From: Clostridiales bacterium
GTDB taxonomy: Bacteria; Bacillota; Clostridia; Lachnospirales; Lachnospiraceae
Assembly: GCA_963604695.1 (NCBI GenBank)
Contig: CAVCTH010000001.1
Span: 1 to 46,150, forward strand
Length of the DNA: 46,150 bases
Direction: 5' to 3'
Part shown: in pieces, positions 35,874 through 45,820 of the stretch
Layout of the letters: every line of letters begins with the position of its first letter
Numbering within the stretch: position 1 is the first letter of the stretch
Position numbers and translations under genes: made by a program
The notes under the pieces: generated by a model
The model's input: the letters and a program-made list of their open reading frames with translations, nothing else
Database searches by the model: none
Told to the model about the DNA's origin: nothing

Positions 35874-38800
35874 TCATCCGAAATCGAACAGGGATAACTG
35901 ATTGGATTCGGGCAGGCCTTCCAGAAGACCCAGATCTGCCATCAGGTCAATGACGGTCTTGCTGAGCTTGCTGCGCTGGCGGAGATCGTCCTTGGACAGG
36001 AACGGTCCCTGGGCTGCCGCTTCCACGAAGGCGTCGGCCGCCTTATCACCCAGTCCGTCGATGGTGGACAGGGACGGCATGAGTTTTCCGTCGATGATCT
36101 GGAACTCGTGGGCGTTGGCCCGGTAAATGTCGATCTTCATAAACTCAAAGCCGCGGGCGTACATTTCCTGTACACTCTTCATATCCTTCAACGTCTCCTG
36201 CTCCTTCTGGGAGAGGCTGTCGCTTCTTCTCTTATAATCCGCCATATAGTATTCCAGGCGGTCCCGACCCTGACACATGATCTCATAGTTGAATGCATCC
36301 GCACGGATACTGAAGTAGGCCGCATAGTAAGCCAGCGGATAGTTGATCTTACACCAGGCAATTCGCCACGCCATCATAACGTAAGCCGCCGCATGGGCTT
36401 TCGGGAACATGTATTTGATCTTCTCACAGGACCAGATGTACCAGTCCGGCACGTTGTGGGCGATCATCTCTTCCTTCCATTTCGGCCAGTTGTCACATTT
36501 TCCTTTGGCAACGGTTCCTTTCCTGACGGCCTCCATGATTTTGAAGGACATCTCACTGTCCAGACCCATACCGATAAGATAGGTCATAATATCGTCTCGG
36601 GTACAGATGGCCGTGGAAATGGTTGCCTTTCCTTCCTGGATCAGGGTCTGTGCATTCCCCAGCCATACATCCGTTCCATGTGCCAGTCCGGCGATACGGA
36701 CCAGATCTGAGAAATGGGTCGGATGGGTATCAATCAACATCTGCATAGCGAACTCGGTACCGAACTCCGGGATTCCCAGAGAGCCAAGCCTTGTGCCGCC
36801 GATGTCTTCCGGCTTCACGCCAAGGGCTTCCGTGCTCTGGAATAATGACATAACCTGCGGATCGTCCAGCGGAATGGTCTTGGCATCCACGCCGGTCAAA
36901 TCCTCCAGCATACGGATCATGGTCGGATCATCATGGCCCAGAATATCCAGCTTCAGCAGGTTATGGTCGATGGAATGGTAATCGAAATGGGTGGTTACCG
37001 TATCCGTGGTCATATCGTTGGCCGGATGCTGCACCGGCGTAAAGGAATAGATGGTCTCGCCCAGCGGCAGTACGATGATGCCGCCCGGGTGCTGGCCCGT
37101 GGTCCGGCGGACGCCGGTACAGCCCTGCACGATCCGGTCGATCTCACAGTTCCGTTTGCTGGTGCCACGCTCTTCATAGTATTTTTTTACATATCCGAAT
37201 GCTGTCTTGTCCGCCAGCGTACCGATGGTTCCCGCACGGAAGGTCTGGCCTGCTCCGAAAATAACCTCGGTGTATTTATGCGCCTTGGACTGATAGTCTC
37301 CGGAGAAGTTCAGGTCGATATCCGGCTCCTTATTTCCCTTGAATCCAAGGAAGGTCTCGAATGGGATATCAAATCCTTCTTTTAATAATTTATGGCCGCA
37401 CACCGGGCAGTCCTTGTCCGGCATATCGCAGCCCGCCATGCCCGCAAAGGGTTTTACATCGTCCGAGTCAAAATCGCTGTAATGACACTGGGGACAGATG
37501 TAATGGGGCCGCAGGGGATTCACCTCCGTGATTCCCGCCATGGTTGCCACAAAGGAAGAACCGACGGAACCACGGGAACCTACCAGATACCCGTCGTCAT
37601 TGGATTTCCACACCAGCTTCTGGGCGATGATGTACATAACGGCGAATCCATTTCCGATGATGGACTTCAGCTCCCTCTCCAGACGCTCCGTTACCACTTC
37701 CGGCAGATTTTCCCCGTAAATCTCATGAGCCTTGTTGTAGCAGATCTCACGCAGGGTCTTGTCGGAATTGGGAATGACCGGCGGACACTTGTCCGGACGT
37801 ACCGGGGACAGATGCTCGCACATATCGGAAATCATGTTGGTGTTGGTGATGACCACCTCTTCTGCCTTTTCCGCGCCGAGGAATTCAAATTCCGCCAGCA
37901 TTTCCTCTGTGGTACGAAGATACAGAGGCGCCTGCTCATCGGCGTCGCTGAAGCCTTTACCCGCCATAATGATTCTCCGGTACACTTCATCCTCCGGATC
38001 AATAAAATGCACGTCACAGGTGGCAACTACCGGCTTCTTAAATTCTTCGCCGAGCCGCACAATCTTCCGGACATTTTCCCGGAGATCTTCCTCGGAGTTC
38101 ACCGGGTTCTTGGAATCCCGGAGCATGAATCCATTATTGCCAAGGGGCTGAATTTCCAGATAATCATAGAAATTCACGATTCGCGCCACTTCCTGGCTGG
38201 GCGCACCTCTCAGGATCGCCTGATAAAGCTCTCCCGCCTCGCAGGCAGAACCCACAATCAGACCTTCCCGGTATTCATTCAGAAGACTCTTGGGAATCCG
38301 CGGTCTTCTGGCAAAATATTTAAGATGCGACCAGGATACCAGCCGGTACAGATTCACTCTTCCGATGTCATTTTTCGCCAGGATAATGACATGGTAGGTA
38401 GGGAGCTTCCGGATGGCATCCTCATTGGTCCGTCCCATCTCGTTGACCTGGTCGAGATTGTAGGCGTCTCTCGCCTTGAACATCTCAATAAATTTTACAA
38501 AAATCTCTGCCGTGCAGGCTGCATCGTCCACCGCCCGGTGGTGATGATCAAGGGAAACGTTCAATGCCTTGGCTACCGTATCCAGCTTGAATTTATTAAG
38601 AGCCGGAAGCAGAAGGCGCGCCATAGCCACCGTATCACCCACCGTAAAGTCCGTGGGAATGTTCATCCGGCGGCAGTTTTCCTCGATAAATCCCGCATCG
38701 AAGGAAGCATTGTGGGCGATCAGCACACAGCCCTCACAGAACTTCAGAAAATCGGGCAGAATCTCCTCGATGGTGGGCGCATCCATGACCATCTCATCAC

Positions 38801-40430
38801 TGATGCTGGTCAGCTCCTCGATCTCAAAAGGAATGGGCTCCTTCGGGTTGACAAAGGTACTGAACCGGTCGGTGATCTTTCCGTTCTCCACCTTCACCGC
38901 GCCGATCTCAATGATCTTATTGTTGACCGCAGAAAGTCCGGTGGTCTCCAGGTCGAATACGACGTAGGGATCATCCAGGCTCTGGCCTTTGGAATTTTCC
39001 ACCAGTTCCTTCAGGTCGTCTACCAGATAGCCTTCCACTCCGTAAATGACTTTGAATTCTTCATCCTTGGAAATGGTGTGGCTGGCCTCCGTAAATGCCT
39101 GGACGCAGCCGTGGTCGGTAATGGCAAGGGCAGGCATGCCCCATGCCTTGGCACGTTTCAGAAGAACGGACGCATCGGTGACACCGTCCATATCGCTCAT
39201 CTTCGTATGGCAGTGCAGCTCCACACGCTTCTTGTAGGAATAATCCATACGGGAAGTAGTAAAGTCTGCGATCTTCTTGATTCCCACCACGGAGCTGATG
39301 GTCAGTTCGTGATCAAAACGGTCCAGGGTCGTCATACCTTTGAGCTTCACAAAGCCGCCTGCGGAAATCTTGCTCCGCAGTTCTTCCAGCTGCTCATTTC
39401 TGGTAAACATTTTTACATGGATGGTATCGGTAAAGTCTGACACGGTCAGGGTGACAATGGTACGCTCCCCGCGGATCTCCCGCTCCTCCATGTTGAGAAT
39501 CTTGCCGCGGATGGTAACCTCGCCCATCTCCTCGATGACCTGTTCCAGCGGCATGGGTTCGTCCTCGAAATCACGCCCGTAGAGCACATCCGGGTTGTCG
39601 CTTCTGCGGATGCTGCCGCTCCGGCCTTCTCCGCCAAAGCGTCCGCCGCCGAAGGATTTTCTGCCGCCAAAGCCAGATTTTCCGCCTGAACCGCCTGCAT
39701 CTTTTCCGGCTGCTGCTCCGGCATTTCCACCGGCTGCTGCCCCGGCACCATTTCCAGAGGATTTTCCAGCAGAAGCGCCTGCTGCCTTTGCCTCTTCCCT
39801 GGCTGCTTTCCGCTCCGCCTTCGCCTCGGCTTTGGCCTCTTTTTCCTTCATGAGACTCTCGGTCAGGAAGGTGATCTTCTGGCGCATCTGGGCCTCGCTC
39901 TTCTCCAGACTCTTGTGATCCTTGAAATCCACATAGTTCACGTCCACCTTCACCTGGAATCCACAGCGCTCATTGAACACCCTGTCCAGAATCCGCAAAA
40001 TGTCGTCCACGGCTTCCTTGTCATAGACCTGATCGGAAACGGAGACCATCATGTTGTGCTCATCCGGAAACTCTACTTTCGCATTTTTCATAATGCTTCT
40101 TTTGTAGGGACTGTAGGCTTCCAGCTCCGTCAACACACTTTCCTCATAGAGATCCCACAGCTTTTCCGGCGTGTACTGCCCGGACAGCTGGAATTTCTCA
40201 AAGAAATAGACCTGGGTCTTTCTGGTACCGAAAATCTGCCGCTGAATCTGTTTTGCAATGTGAAAAAGCTGATCTTTTGCAATCAGCTTTTTGCTCACAA
40301 TGTACACTCTGAGCACATCACGCTTCGGGTTCGTCGACACCCGGGTTACCATGACCTGCTCAAAGAGACTATGTAATTGTCCGTCTACCTGCAGTGTCCG
40401 AAACACTTCAAAAAACGGTTTTTCATTCAT
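35874..40430 (-). CDS. polC: DNA polymerase III, PolC type
   Basis: PHP motifs RVELHCHTKMS and AITDHG, exonuclease VVFDLETTG/AHNASFD/HHRAVDD, GSRGSVGSS, EPDIDLNFS and KYMFPKAHAAAY. Start set at ATG 40430 (MNEKPFF), overlapping the ispG stop. Confidence 0.96.
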   Translation of the reverse strand: MNEKPFFEVFRTLQVDGQLHSLFEQVMVTRVSTNPKRDVLRVYIVSKKLIAKDQLFHIAKQIQRQIFGTRKTQVYFFEKFQLSGQYTPEKLWDLYEESVLTELEAYSPYKRSIMKNAKVEFPDEHNMMVSVSDQVYDKEAVDDILRILDRVFNERCGFQVKVDVNYVDFKDHKSLEKSEAQMRQKITFLTESLMKEKEAKAEAKAERKAAREEAKAAGASAGKSSGNGAGAAAGGNAGAAAGKDAGGSGGKSGFGGRKSFGGGRFGGEGRSGSIRRSDNPDVLYGRDFEDEPMPLEQVIEEMGEVTIRGKILNMEEREIRGERTIVTLTVSDFTDTIHVKMFTRNEQLEELRSKISAGGFVKLKGMTTLDRFDHELTISSVVGIKKIADFTTSRMDYSYKKRVELHCHTKMSDMDGVTDASVLLKRAKAWGMPALAITDHGCVQAFTEASHTISKDEEFKVIYGVEGYLVDDLKELVENSKGQSLDDPYVVFDLETTGLSAVNNKIIEIGAVKVENGKITDRFSTFVNPKEPIPFEIEELTSISDEMVMDAPTIEEILPDFLKFCEGCVLIAHNASFDAGFIEENCRRMNIPTDFTVGDTVAMARLLLPALNKFKLDTVAKALNVSLDHHHRAVDDAACTAEIFVKFIEMFKARDAYNLDQVNEMGRTNEDAIRKLPTYHVIILAKNDIGRVNLYRLVSWSHLKYFARRPRIPKSLLNEYREGLIVGSACEAGELYQAILRGAPSQEVARIVNFYDYLEIQPLGNNGFMLRDSKNPVNSEEDLRENVRKIVRLGEEFKKPVVATCDVHFIDPEDEVYRRIIMAGKGFSDADEQAPLYLRTTEEMLAEFEFLGAEKAEEVVITNTNMISDMCEHLSPVRPDKCPPVIPNSDKTLREICYNKAHEIYGENLPEVVTERLERELKSIIGNGFAVMYIIAQKLVWKSNDDGYLVGSRGSVGSSFVATMAGITEVNPLRPHYICPQCHYSDFDSDDVKPFAGMAGCDMPDKDCPVCGHKLLKEGFDIPFETFLGFKGNKEPDIDLNFSGDYQSKAHKYTEVIFGAGQTFRAGTIGTLADKTAFGYVKKYYEERGTSKRNCEIDRIVQGCTGVRRTTGQHPGGIIVLPLGETIYSFTPVQHPANDMTTDTVTTHFDYHSIDHNLLKLDILGHDDPTMIRMLEDLTGVDAKTIPLDDPQVMSLFQSTEALGVKPEDIGGTRLGSLGIPEFGTEFAMQMLIDTHPTHFSDLVRIAGLAHGTDVWLGNAQTLIQEGKATISTAICTRDDIMTYLIGMGLDSEMSFKIMEAVRKGTVAKGKCDNWPKWKEEMIAHNVPDWYIWSCEKIKYMFPKAHAAAYVMMAWRIAWCKINYPLAYYAAYFSIRADAFNYEIMCQGRDRLEYYMADYKRRSDSLSQKEQETLKDMKSVQEMYARGFEFMKIDIYRANAHEFQIIDGKLMPSLSTIDGLGDKAADAFVEAAAQGPFLSKDDLRQRSKLSKTVIDLMADLGLLEGLPESNQLSLFDFG

Positions 40431-41478
40431 TCCAGTTCTCCAGTTCTGTACGAAGGGCATCCAGGAGCTGATCCTCCGGGAGCTTCTGAACGATCTCACC
40501 ATGTTTAATCAGAAGACCGATACCGTCGCCGCCTGCGATTCCGATATCTGCTTCCTTTGCCTCGCCCGGTCCGTTGACCACGCAGCCCATAACGGCTACC
40601 CGGATATCCAGCGGATAGTTGGCTACCATGGCTTCTACTTTATTTGCCAGACCGATAAGGTCAATCTTCGTTCTGCCACAGGTCGGGCAGGAAACCACTT
40701 CCACGCCGCCTTTTCTGAGTCCCAGGGTTCTTAAAATCAGGCGGGCAGATTTTACTTCCTCTGCCGGATCGCCGGTCAGGGAGACACGGATGGTATCACC
40801 GATGCCCTGATAGAGAATCACGCCAAGACCGACTGCGGATTTGATATTTCCGGAATACAGGGTACCTGCCTCTGTAATTCCCACATGAAGCGGGTGATCC
40901 GTCTTCTGGGCAATCAGTTCATGGGCTTTGGCACACATGAGCACGTTGGAAGATTTGATGCTGATGACCAGATTGTCGTATCCCATATCCTCGATGATTT
41001 TCACTTTGTCAAGGGCGCTCTCCACGATACCCTCTGCGGTAACGCCATGGTATTTCTCCACCAGGTCTTTCTCCAGGGAACCGCTGTTGACACCCACACG
41101 GATAGGAATATTTCTCTCTTTTGCCGTATCCACAACTGCTTTGATACGCTCATAGCTTCCGATATTTCCCGGATTGATACGGATCTTGTCCGCGCCATTT
41201 TCCATGGCTACAATGGCCATCTTATAGTCAAAATGGATGTCCGCTACCAGCGGAATGGAGATCTGCTTTTTAATCTCTTTCAAAGCCTTCGCCGCTTCCA
41301 TCGTCGGAACGGTACAGCGGATGATCTCACATCCGGCTGCGGTAAGTCTGCGGATCTGGGAAACCGTTGCCTCCACATCCTCGGTTCTTGTATTGGTCAT
41401 GGACTGGATCAGAATGGGATTGCCCCCACCGATGACCCGGTCACCGATTTTTACCACTTTGGTATGATCTCGATACAT
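40423..41478 (-). CDS. ispG: (E)-4-hydroxy-3-methylbut-2-enyl-diphosphate synthase
   Basis: Motifs IQSMTNT, ADIHFD, RINPGNIG, GDTIRVSL, SCPTCGR and MGCVVNGPGE. Confidence 0.97.
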   Translation of the reverse strand: MYRDHTKVVKIGDRVIGGGNPILIQSMTNTRTEDVEATVSQIRRLTAAGCEIIRCTVPTMEAAKALKEIKKQISIPLVADIHFDYKMAIVAMENGADKIRINPGNIGSYERIKAVVDTAKERNIPIRVGVNSGSLEKDLVEKYHGVTAEGIVESALDKVKIIEDMGYDNLVISIKSSNVLMCAKAHELIAQKTDHPLHVGITEAGTLYSGNIKSAVGLGVILYQGIGDTIRVSLTGDPAEEVKSARLILRTLGLRKGGVEVVSCPTCGRTKIDLIGLANKVEAMVANYPLDIRVAVMGCVVNGPGEAKEADIGIAGGDGIGLLIKHGEIVQKLPEDQLLDALRTELENWNE

Positions 41479-41490
41479 AAAGTCCTCCTG

Positions 41491-42681
41491 TTATAATCTC
41501 TCTTCCCGGATGGCATCCAGGCGTTTTTGTATACTGTATTTATTGACATTCAGAACCAGTCCGATCTCCATCAGAAGGAACACCGTCGCCGTACCTCCGT
41601 AGCTGAAGAACGGCAGGGTAACTCCCGTGGTCGGGAACAGGTTGGTCACTACCAGCAGATTTAAAATTACCTGCAGGGCGATATGGGAGAACACTCCGAT
41701 GGAAATCATTCTGCCCAGCAGATCCTCTGCGGTCTGGGAAATAATGAAAATCCGGTACAGCAGGTAAATAAATAACAGAATAATCAAGCCTGCACCGAAG
41801 ATGCCCAGCTCCTCACAGATAATTGCAAAAATATAATCGTTATACGGCTCCGGGATTTTACCCAGCTTCTGGATGCTGTTGCCCAGACCCTTTCCAAACA
41901 GGCCGCCGGAACCAATGGCGTAAAGTCCCTGCAGAGACTGGAACGCCGTGTCTTTTTCGTATTCATAAGGCTCCAGCCAGGCGCGGATACGGGCAAAACG
42001 GAAGTTTTCCGCCAGCGCCGACGGATCCAGACTCTTTACATAATAAATCATGATGGCAACAAATACCGCCACACCCGCCGCACAGAGCATGAATTTCCAC
42101 TGCTCCGGGTGTACCACATACATCATGAAGACCGCCGTTCCCAGAAGAATGGTGGCCGTACTCATATTATCACTGATTTTCCAGATCAGCACTGCAATGA
42201 TGCCGCTGGGAATCATAATCTTAATCATGGACAGCCAGCTCTTCAGATGCCGGCCTTTCACCACAATCAACGTGGCCATCACCACAATCATAATGAGCTT
42301 TACCGGCTCTGCCACCTGGAACTGGACGCCGCCCAGACGAATCCACCGGGTTGCACCTTTTACCGTAACTCCAAGGGGCGTCTTCAGAAGCAGAATCAAT
42401 CCGATACACAATACATATCCGGGAATGACGAACGCGCTCCAGATATGGTAGTTCACGGACGCCACCACCAGCATGGCAATCACACCCAGAACCGAATATA
42501 TGATCTGATTTTTCAGAAGATACATAGGATCGTAGTTATAAGCCTTGCTCAATCCCGCCGTGTAATAGCTGGCACTGTAGATCATGACAAATCCGAAGAT
42601 CATAATGAAAGACAGCACCACCAGAAGGTTCGTATCCAGCCCGCGAAGTCCCGGCTGGAACATCCTTTCCCTCTTTGCCAT
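41491..42681 (-). CDS. FtsW/RodA/SpoVE (SEDS) family peptidoglycan polymerase
   Basis: Motifs MIYSAS, GATRWI, AIGSGGLFGKGLGNS, DYIFAIICEELG and GVTLPFFSYGG. Confidence 0.92.
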   Translation of the reverse strand: MAKRERMFQPGLRGLDTNLLVVLSFIMIFGFVMIYSASYYTAGLSKAYNYDPMYLLKNQIIYSVLGVIAMLVVASVNYHIWSAFVIPGYVLCIGLILLLKTPLGVTVKGATRWIRLGGVQFQVAEPVKLIMIVVMATLIVVKGRHLKSWLSMIKIMIPSGIIAVLIWKISDNMSTATILLGTAVFMMYVVHPEQWKFMLCAAGVAVFVAIMIYYVKSLDPSALAENFRFARIRAWLEPYEYEKDTAFQSLQGLYAIGSGGLFGKGLGNSIQKLGKIPEPYNDYIFAIICEELGIFGAGLIILLFIYLLYRIFIISQTAEDLLGRMISIGVFSHIALQVILNLLVVTNLFPTTGVTLPFFSYGGTATVFLLMEIGLVLNVNKYSIQKRLDAIREERL

Positions 42682-42684
42682 CGT

Positions 42685-43179
42685 TTACGCCCTCCGTCTC
42701 TCGTAACGGCAGAAACGGAACTCCAGGTCAAAGTAGGTCTTCTCATCACTCTCCCCGGTCAGCTCCCACTCGGGATCCTTCTCCAGATTCGGGAACCAGG
42801 CGTCTGCCTCATAGGCATGGTCGGTCCGGGTCACATGCGCCACATCACAGTAGGGCAGAAATTCCTTATAAATGGTATCTCCTCCGATGATATAGACGTC
42901 CTCACTGTTATATTTTTTCAGTTCTTCCAGCACTTCCTCCACACTGTGGCAGACAATGGCGTCCTTCACCTGATAGTCCGGATTTCTGGTCAGAATGATA
43001 TTGGTGCGGTTCTTTAATGGCAGTCCGCCCGGAAACGTAGCCAGAGTCTTTCTTCCAAGAACCACGACTTTCCCGCTGGTCTCGGAGCGGAAAAATTTCA
43101 TATCCTCCGGAATGCTCACCAGAAGCTTTCCTTTATATCCAATGGCCCAGTTCTGGTCCACATTTACAATCAGATTCAT
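42685..43179 (-). CDS. folA: Dihydrofolate reductase
   Basis: Motifs AIGYKGKL...PEDMKFF, GRKT, PLKNRTNIILT and IIGG; adjacent to thyA. Confidence 0.93.
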   Translation of the reverse strand: MNLIVNVDQNWAIGYKGKLLVSIPEDMKFFRSETSGKVVVLGRKTLATFPGGLPLKNRTNIILTRNPDYQVKDAIVCHSVEEVLEELKKYNSEDVYIIGGDTIYKEFLPYCDVAHVTRTDHAYEADAWFPNLEKDPEWELTGESDEKTYFDLEFRFCRYERRRA

Positions 43180-43196
43180 GTTGTTCGTCCTCCTTT

Positions 43197-44045
43197 TTAT
43201 ACGGCAATGGGAATATTTTTCACCTGGGGTCCCGCCTGGTAATCCTCCACCAGAAGATCCGCGGTGGTAAACTGATAGAAATCCTTCACCTCCGGATTCA
43301 GGCGTACCTTCGGAGCCGGATAAGTCTCCCTGCTGATCAGCTCCTTAATCACATCCACATGGCGGTCGTAAATATGCGCGTCCGCAATCACATGCAGCAG
43401 TTCTCCCGGTATCATATCACAGACCTGGGCTACCATCATCAGTAAAATGGCATACTGGCACACATTCCAGTTATTGGCTGCCAGCACATCCTGGGAACGC
43501 TGATTGAGCACCATATTGAGCACCAGCTTGTCAGAACCCTTTTCTTCGGTCACATTCCAGGTGGTGCTGTAGGCGCAGGGATAGAGATGCATCTCGCTTA
43601 AATCCTCATGGACATAGGTGTTGGTCATGATTCTGCGGCTGAAGGGATTGTTCTTCAGATCGTAGAGCACGCGGTCCATCTGATCCATCATGCCTTCCTT
43701 ATATTTACTTTTCACACCGATCTGATAGCCGTAGGCTTTTCCGATGGATCCGGTTTCGTCGGCCCACTCGTCCCACACATGGCTGTTCAGATCATGAATG
43801 TTGGCGGATTTCCGCTGGTAAATCCATAAAATCTCATCCATGCAGCTTTTGAGGGCTGTCTTTCTGAGGGTCAGCGCCGGAAACTCTTTTCGTAAATCAT
43901 AGCGGTTCACCACACCGAAACGCTTGATGGTGTAGGCGGAACTTCCGTCCTCCCAGTGGGGACGTACCTTTTCTCCTTCCGTACTGGTGCCGTTCTCCAG
44001 AATATCCTGGCACATATGAATAAATAACTGATCTGCGTAGCTCAT
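43197..44045 (-). CDS. thyA: Thymidylate synthase
   Basis: Motifs VWDEWA, YGYQ, SRRI, catalytic LYPCAY, QRSQD and HIYDRH. Confidence 0.93.
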   Translation of the reverse strand: MSYADQLFIHMCQDILENGTSTEGEKVRPHWEDGSSAYTIKRFGVVNRYDLRKEFPALTLRKTALKSCMDEILWIYQRKSANIHDLNSHVWDEWADETGSIGKAYGYQIGVKSKYKEGMMDQMDRVLYDLKNNPFSRRIMTNTYVHEDLSEMHLYPCAYSTTWNVTEEKGSDKLVLNMVLNQRSQDVLAANNWNVCQYAILLMMVAQVCDMIPGELLHVIADAHIYDRHVDVIKELISRETYPAPKVRLNPEVKDFYQFTTADLLVEDYQAGPQVKNIPIAV

Positions 44046-44110
44046 GAAATATCCTCAATTCTGTTGATTTTTATGTTATCTGTTCCCACCCCGCAAGCAG
44101 GCGGAATCTT

Positions 44111-44545
44111 TTATTTGTCCAGCTCGGATGTACAGAACGGACAGCGGATCGCACGGATGTCAATTTCAGACTGACAGAACGGGCAGGTCTTCTTAGTGGG
44201 CTCTGCCGGTGCTTCCTCTTCCGGTTTCTTAGCCAGCTTGTCCTGTACGGTATTGATAGCCTTTACCATGCAGAATATTGCAAATGCGGTAATCAGGAAA
44301 TTGATGACTGCGGAAAGGAAGGATCCATAGGCCAGTTTTGCCGCATGCTCACCCACACCGAAGGTGATGCTTAAGGACTCCATCTGGGTGCCGCCTGCCA
44401 CCAGGGAAATAATCGGTGTAAAAATATCGGTTACCAGAGAGTTCACGATGGCCGTGAACGCACTGCCGATGATAACGCCGACTGCCAGGTCGATGACATT
44501 TCCTCTGGAAATAAATTTCTTAAATTCGTTAAAAAAGTTTTTCAT
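44111..44545 (-). CDS. mscL: Large-conductance mechanosensitive channel with a C-terminal Cys4 zinc ribbon
   Basis: EFKKFISRGNVIDLAVGVIIGSAFTAIVNSLV and YGSFLSAVINFLI; ends CPFC-x10-CPFC. Start set at ATG 44545 after AAGGAG. Confidence 0.92.
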   Translation of the reverse strand: MKNFFNEFKKFISRGNVIDLAVGVIIGSAFTAIVNSLVTDIFTPIISLVAGGTQMESLSITFGVGEHAAKLAYGSFLSAVINFLITAFAIFCMVKAINTVQDKLAKKPEEEAPAEPTKKTCPFCQSEIDIRAIRCPFCTSELDK

Positions 44546-44568
44546 GGGTATTCTCCTTTTCTTCTTAT

Positions 44569-45495
44569 TTATCTGTTTACGGAAAGAGCCATACGACGAT
44601 AGGTATGTCTCGCTCCGCGGATGACTTTGGAATAAGCGGTAATATTTTCCGGAATGGCAATGCCCGTATAACCGGAATCTCCCAGATGGTGGATATCCGT
44701 TCCCGCCATCTTGCACATAAGGGCAATCTGCCGGATGGTCTCCACATCTGCTCCCTCCTGGGAGGTTCCGATGCTGGTCATGGTCAGCACGTTATGGCTG
44801 TGGACCACGGCCACCAGGCTTCTTACATATTCCTGGGTAATGCCCGGAACGGTTCCCGGCGCCGGAAACAGCACAATATCTGCACCTGCCCCGATAAATT
44901 CTTCCACATCTTTTTCTGTAATGATATGCTCTCCGGCCTCGCTTAAAATGCCGGACGCATGCATCTTGCCTGCTGCCAGAATCAGCTGGTCTCCCAGCTC
45001 CCGCTTCAGCACTTTCAGAGTATCGGTGATGGCCTGATTGGAAACGCCGTTACCGGGATTTCCGGTAAGAAGTACCATGTCCACACCCATTTCGCAGGCT
45101 TTTCTGGCATTTTTCAGAGTTGCCATCCGTCCCGGGGACATTTTCCACATACTGTCCGGATCTTCGCCTTCATATCCACTTTCTACCGGCTCCAGGTTGA
45201 TACCGATCATCCGTCCGGTGAGACGTTTTAACTCCCGCACCCGTTCTTCCGGCTTCACGTCCGGCAGCCCCTGAATGACAGGATTGTCCACATCAAAAAT
45301 ATTTAAGAGCAGAATATCTGCTCCCAGGGAAGACGCCACTTCCGCATTGGTTACATCTCCAAACAGCGGCAGTACTGTGCCGATAGTCTCGCAGGCCAGC
45401 GTTCTTCCTTCATTGGCTCCGATGCTGTACAGCCAGTCTTCCTTTGTAAATGCTTTCACGTCCGACGCGGTGCAGTCCAGAAGTCTTTTTCCCAT
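44569..45495 (-). CDS. Uncharacterised probable TIM-barrel protein
   Basis: Repeated GAD/G.D-hydrophobic strand units (GADILLLN, GVDMVLLTGNPG, AGKMH, GADIVLFPAPGTVPG, IGTSQEG, DIHHLGD); function not assignable from sequence alone. Confidence 0.65.
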   Translation of the reverse strand: MGKRLLDCTASDVKAFTKEDWLYSIGANEGRTLACETIGTVLPLFGDVTNAEVASSLGADILLLNIFDVDNPVIQGLPDVKPEERVRELKRLTGRMIGINLEPVESGYEGEDPDSMWKMSPGRMATLKNARKACEMGVDMVLLTGNPGNGVSNQAITDTLKVLKRELGDQLILAAGKMHASGILSEAGEHIITEKDVEEFIGAGADIVLFPAPGTVPGITQEYVRSLVAVVHSHNVLTMTSIGTSQEGADVETIRQIALMCKMAGTDIHHLGDSGYTGIAIPENITAYSKVIRGARHTYRRMALSVNR

Positions 45496-45693
45496 TTAAA
45501 AAGTTCCCCCTTTTTCTCTCGCTTCCTTATAAATCTGACAGGCCGCGCTGTTGGGACAGCTGTCCACGTTGCACTCATAGTCTGTCAGCTCCCATGTTCC
45601 ATCCGGCTGCTTCTCATACTCACAGCAGACGGTTCTTGACTCATTGGTAGTCCGGCAGAAGCCGTTTATAAATTCTTCTCTGATCTCTCCCAT
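45496..45693 (-). CDS. Small Cys-rich hypothetical protein
   Basis: 65 aa with six Cys (GFCR, VCCEY, C-x4-C-x5-C); GGGAGG RBS; SigA-like promoter upstream; its stop abuts the next ATG. Confidence 0.65.
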   Translation of the reverse strand: MGEIREEFINGFCRTTNESRTVCCEYEKQPDGTWELTDYECNVDSCPNSAACQIYKEAREKGGTF

Positions 45694-45713
45694 ACAAGCC
45701 TCCCTGAACTTTT

Positions 45714-45741
45714 ATTATACCGCATTCAGTTTTACATGCAA
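45714..45741 (-). promoter_or_regulatory. SigA promoter at the head of the minus-strand gene run
   Basis: TTGCAT-16 nt-TATAAT. Confidence 0.6.
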
Positions 45742-45820
45742 AGCGGATATTTTGCCATATTGCTTTTTCTTCCGAAAATGGAGTATCATAAAAAGCATAA
45801 AACATCTGGAGGATATTTTC

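Noticed and set aside
37392..39440. 682-aa plus-strand ORF and other long antisense ORFs (e.g. 1660-2592, 3023-4078, 8692-9960, 18537-19505, 19758-20900, 28341-29393)
   Set aside because: They lie opposite well-supported genes and show no recognisable motifs; they are shadow ORFs expected from codon bias.
43197..44045. Divergent thyA (RSQDVLAANNWNV) as a phage-type dCMP hydroxymethylase or base-modification enzyme
   Set aside because: The catalytic Cys and the dUMP-specifying Asn appear retained, it is adjacent to folA, and there is no phage context.
44085..44110. Hairpin after mscL as a terminator
   Set aside because: GC-rich stem, but no U-tract follows on the minus strand.
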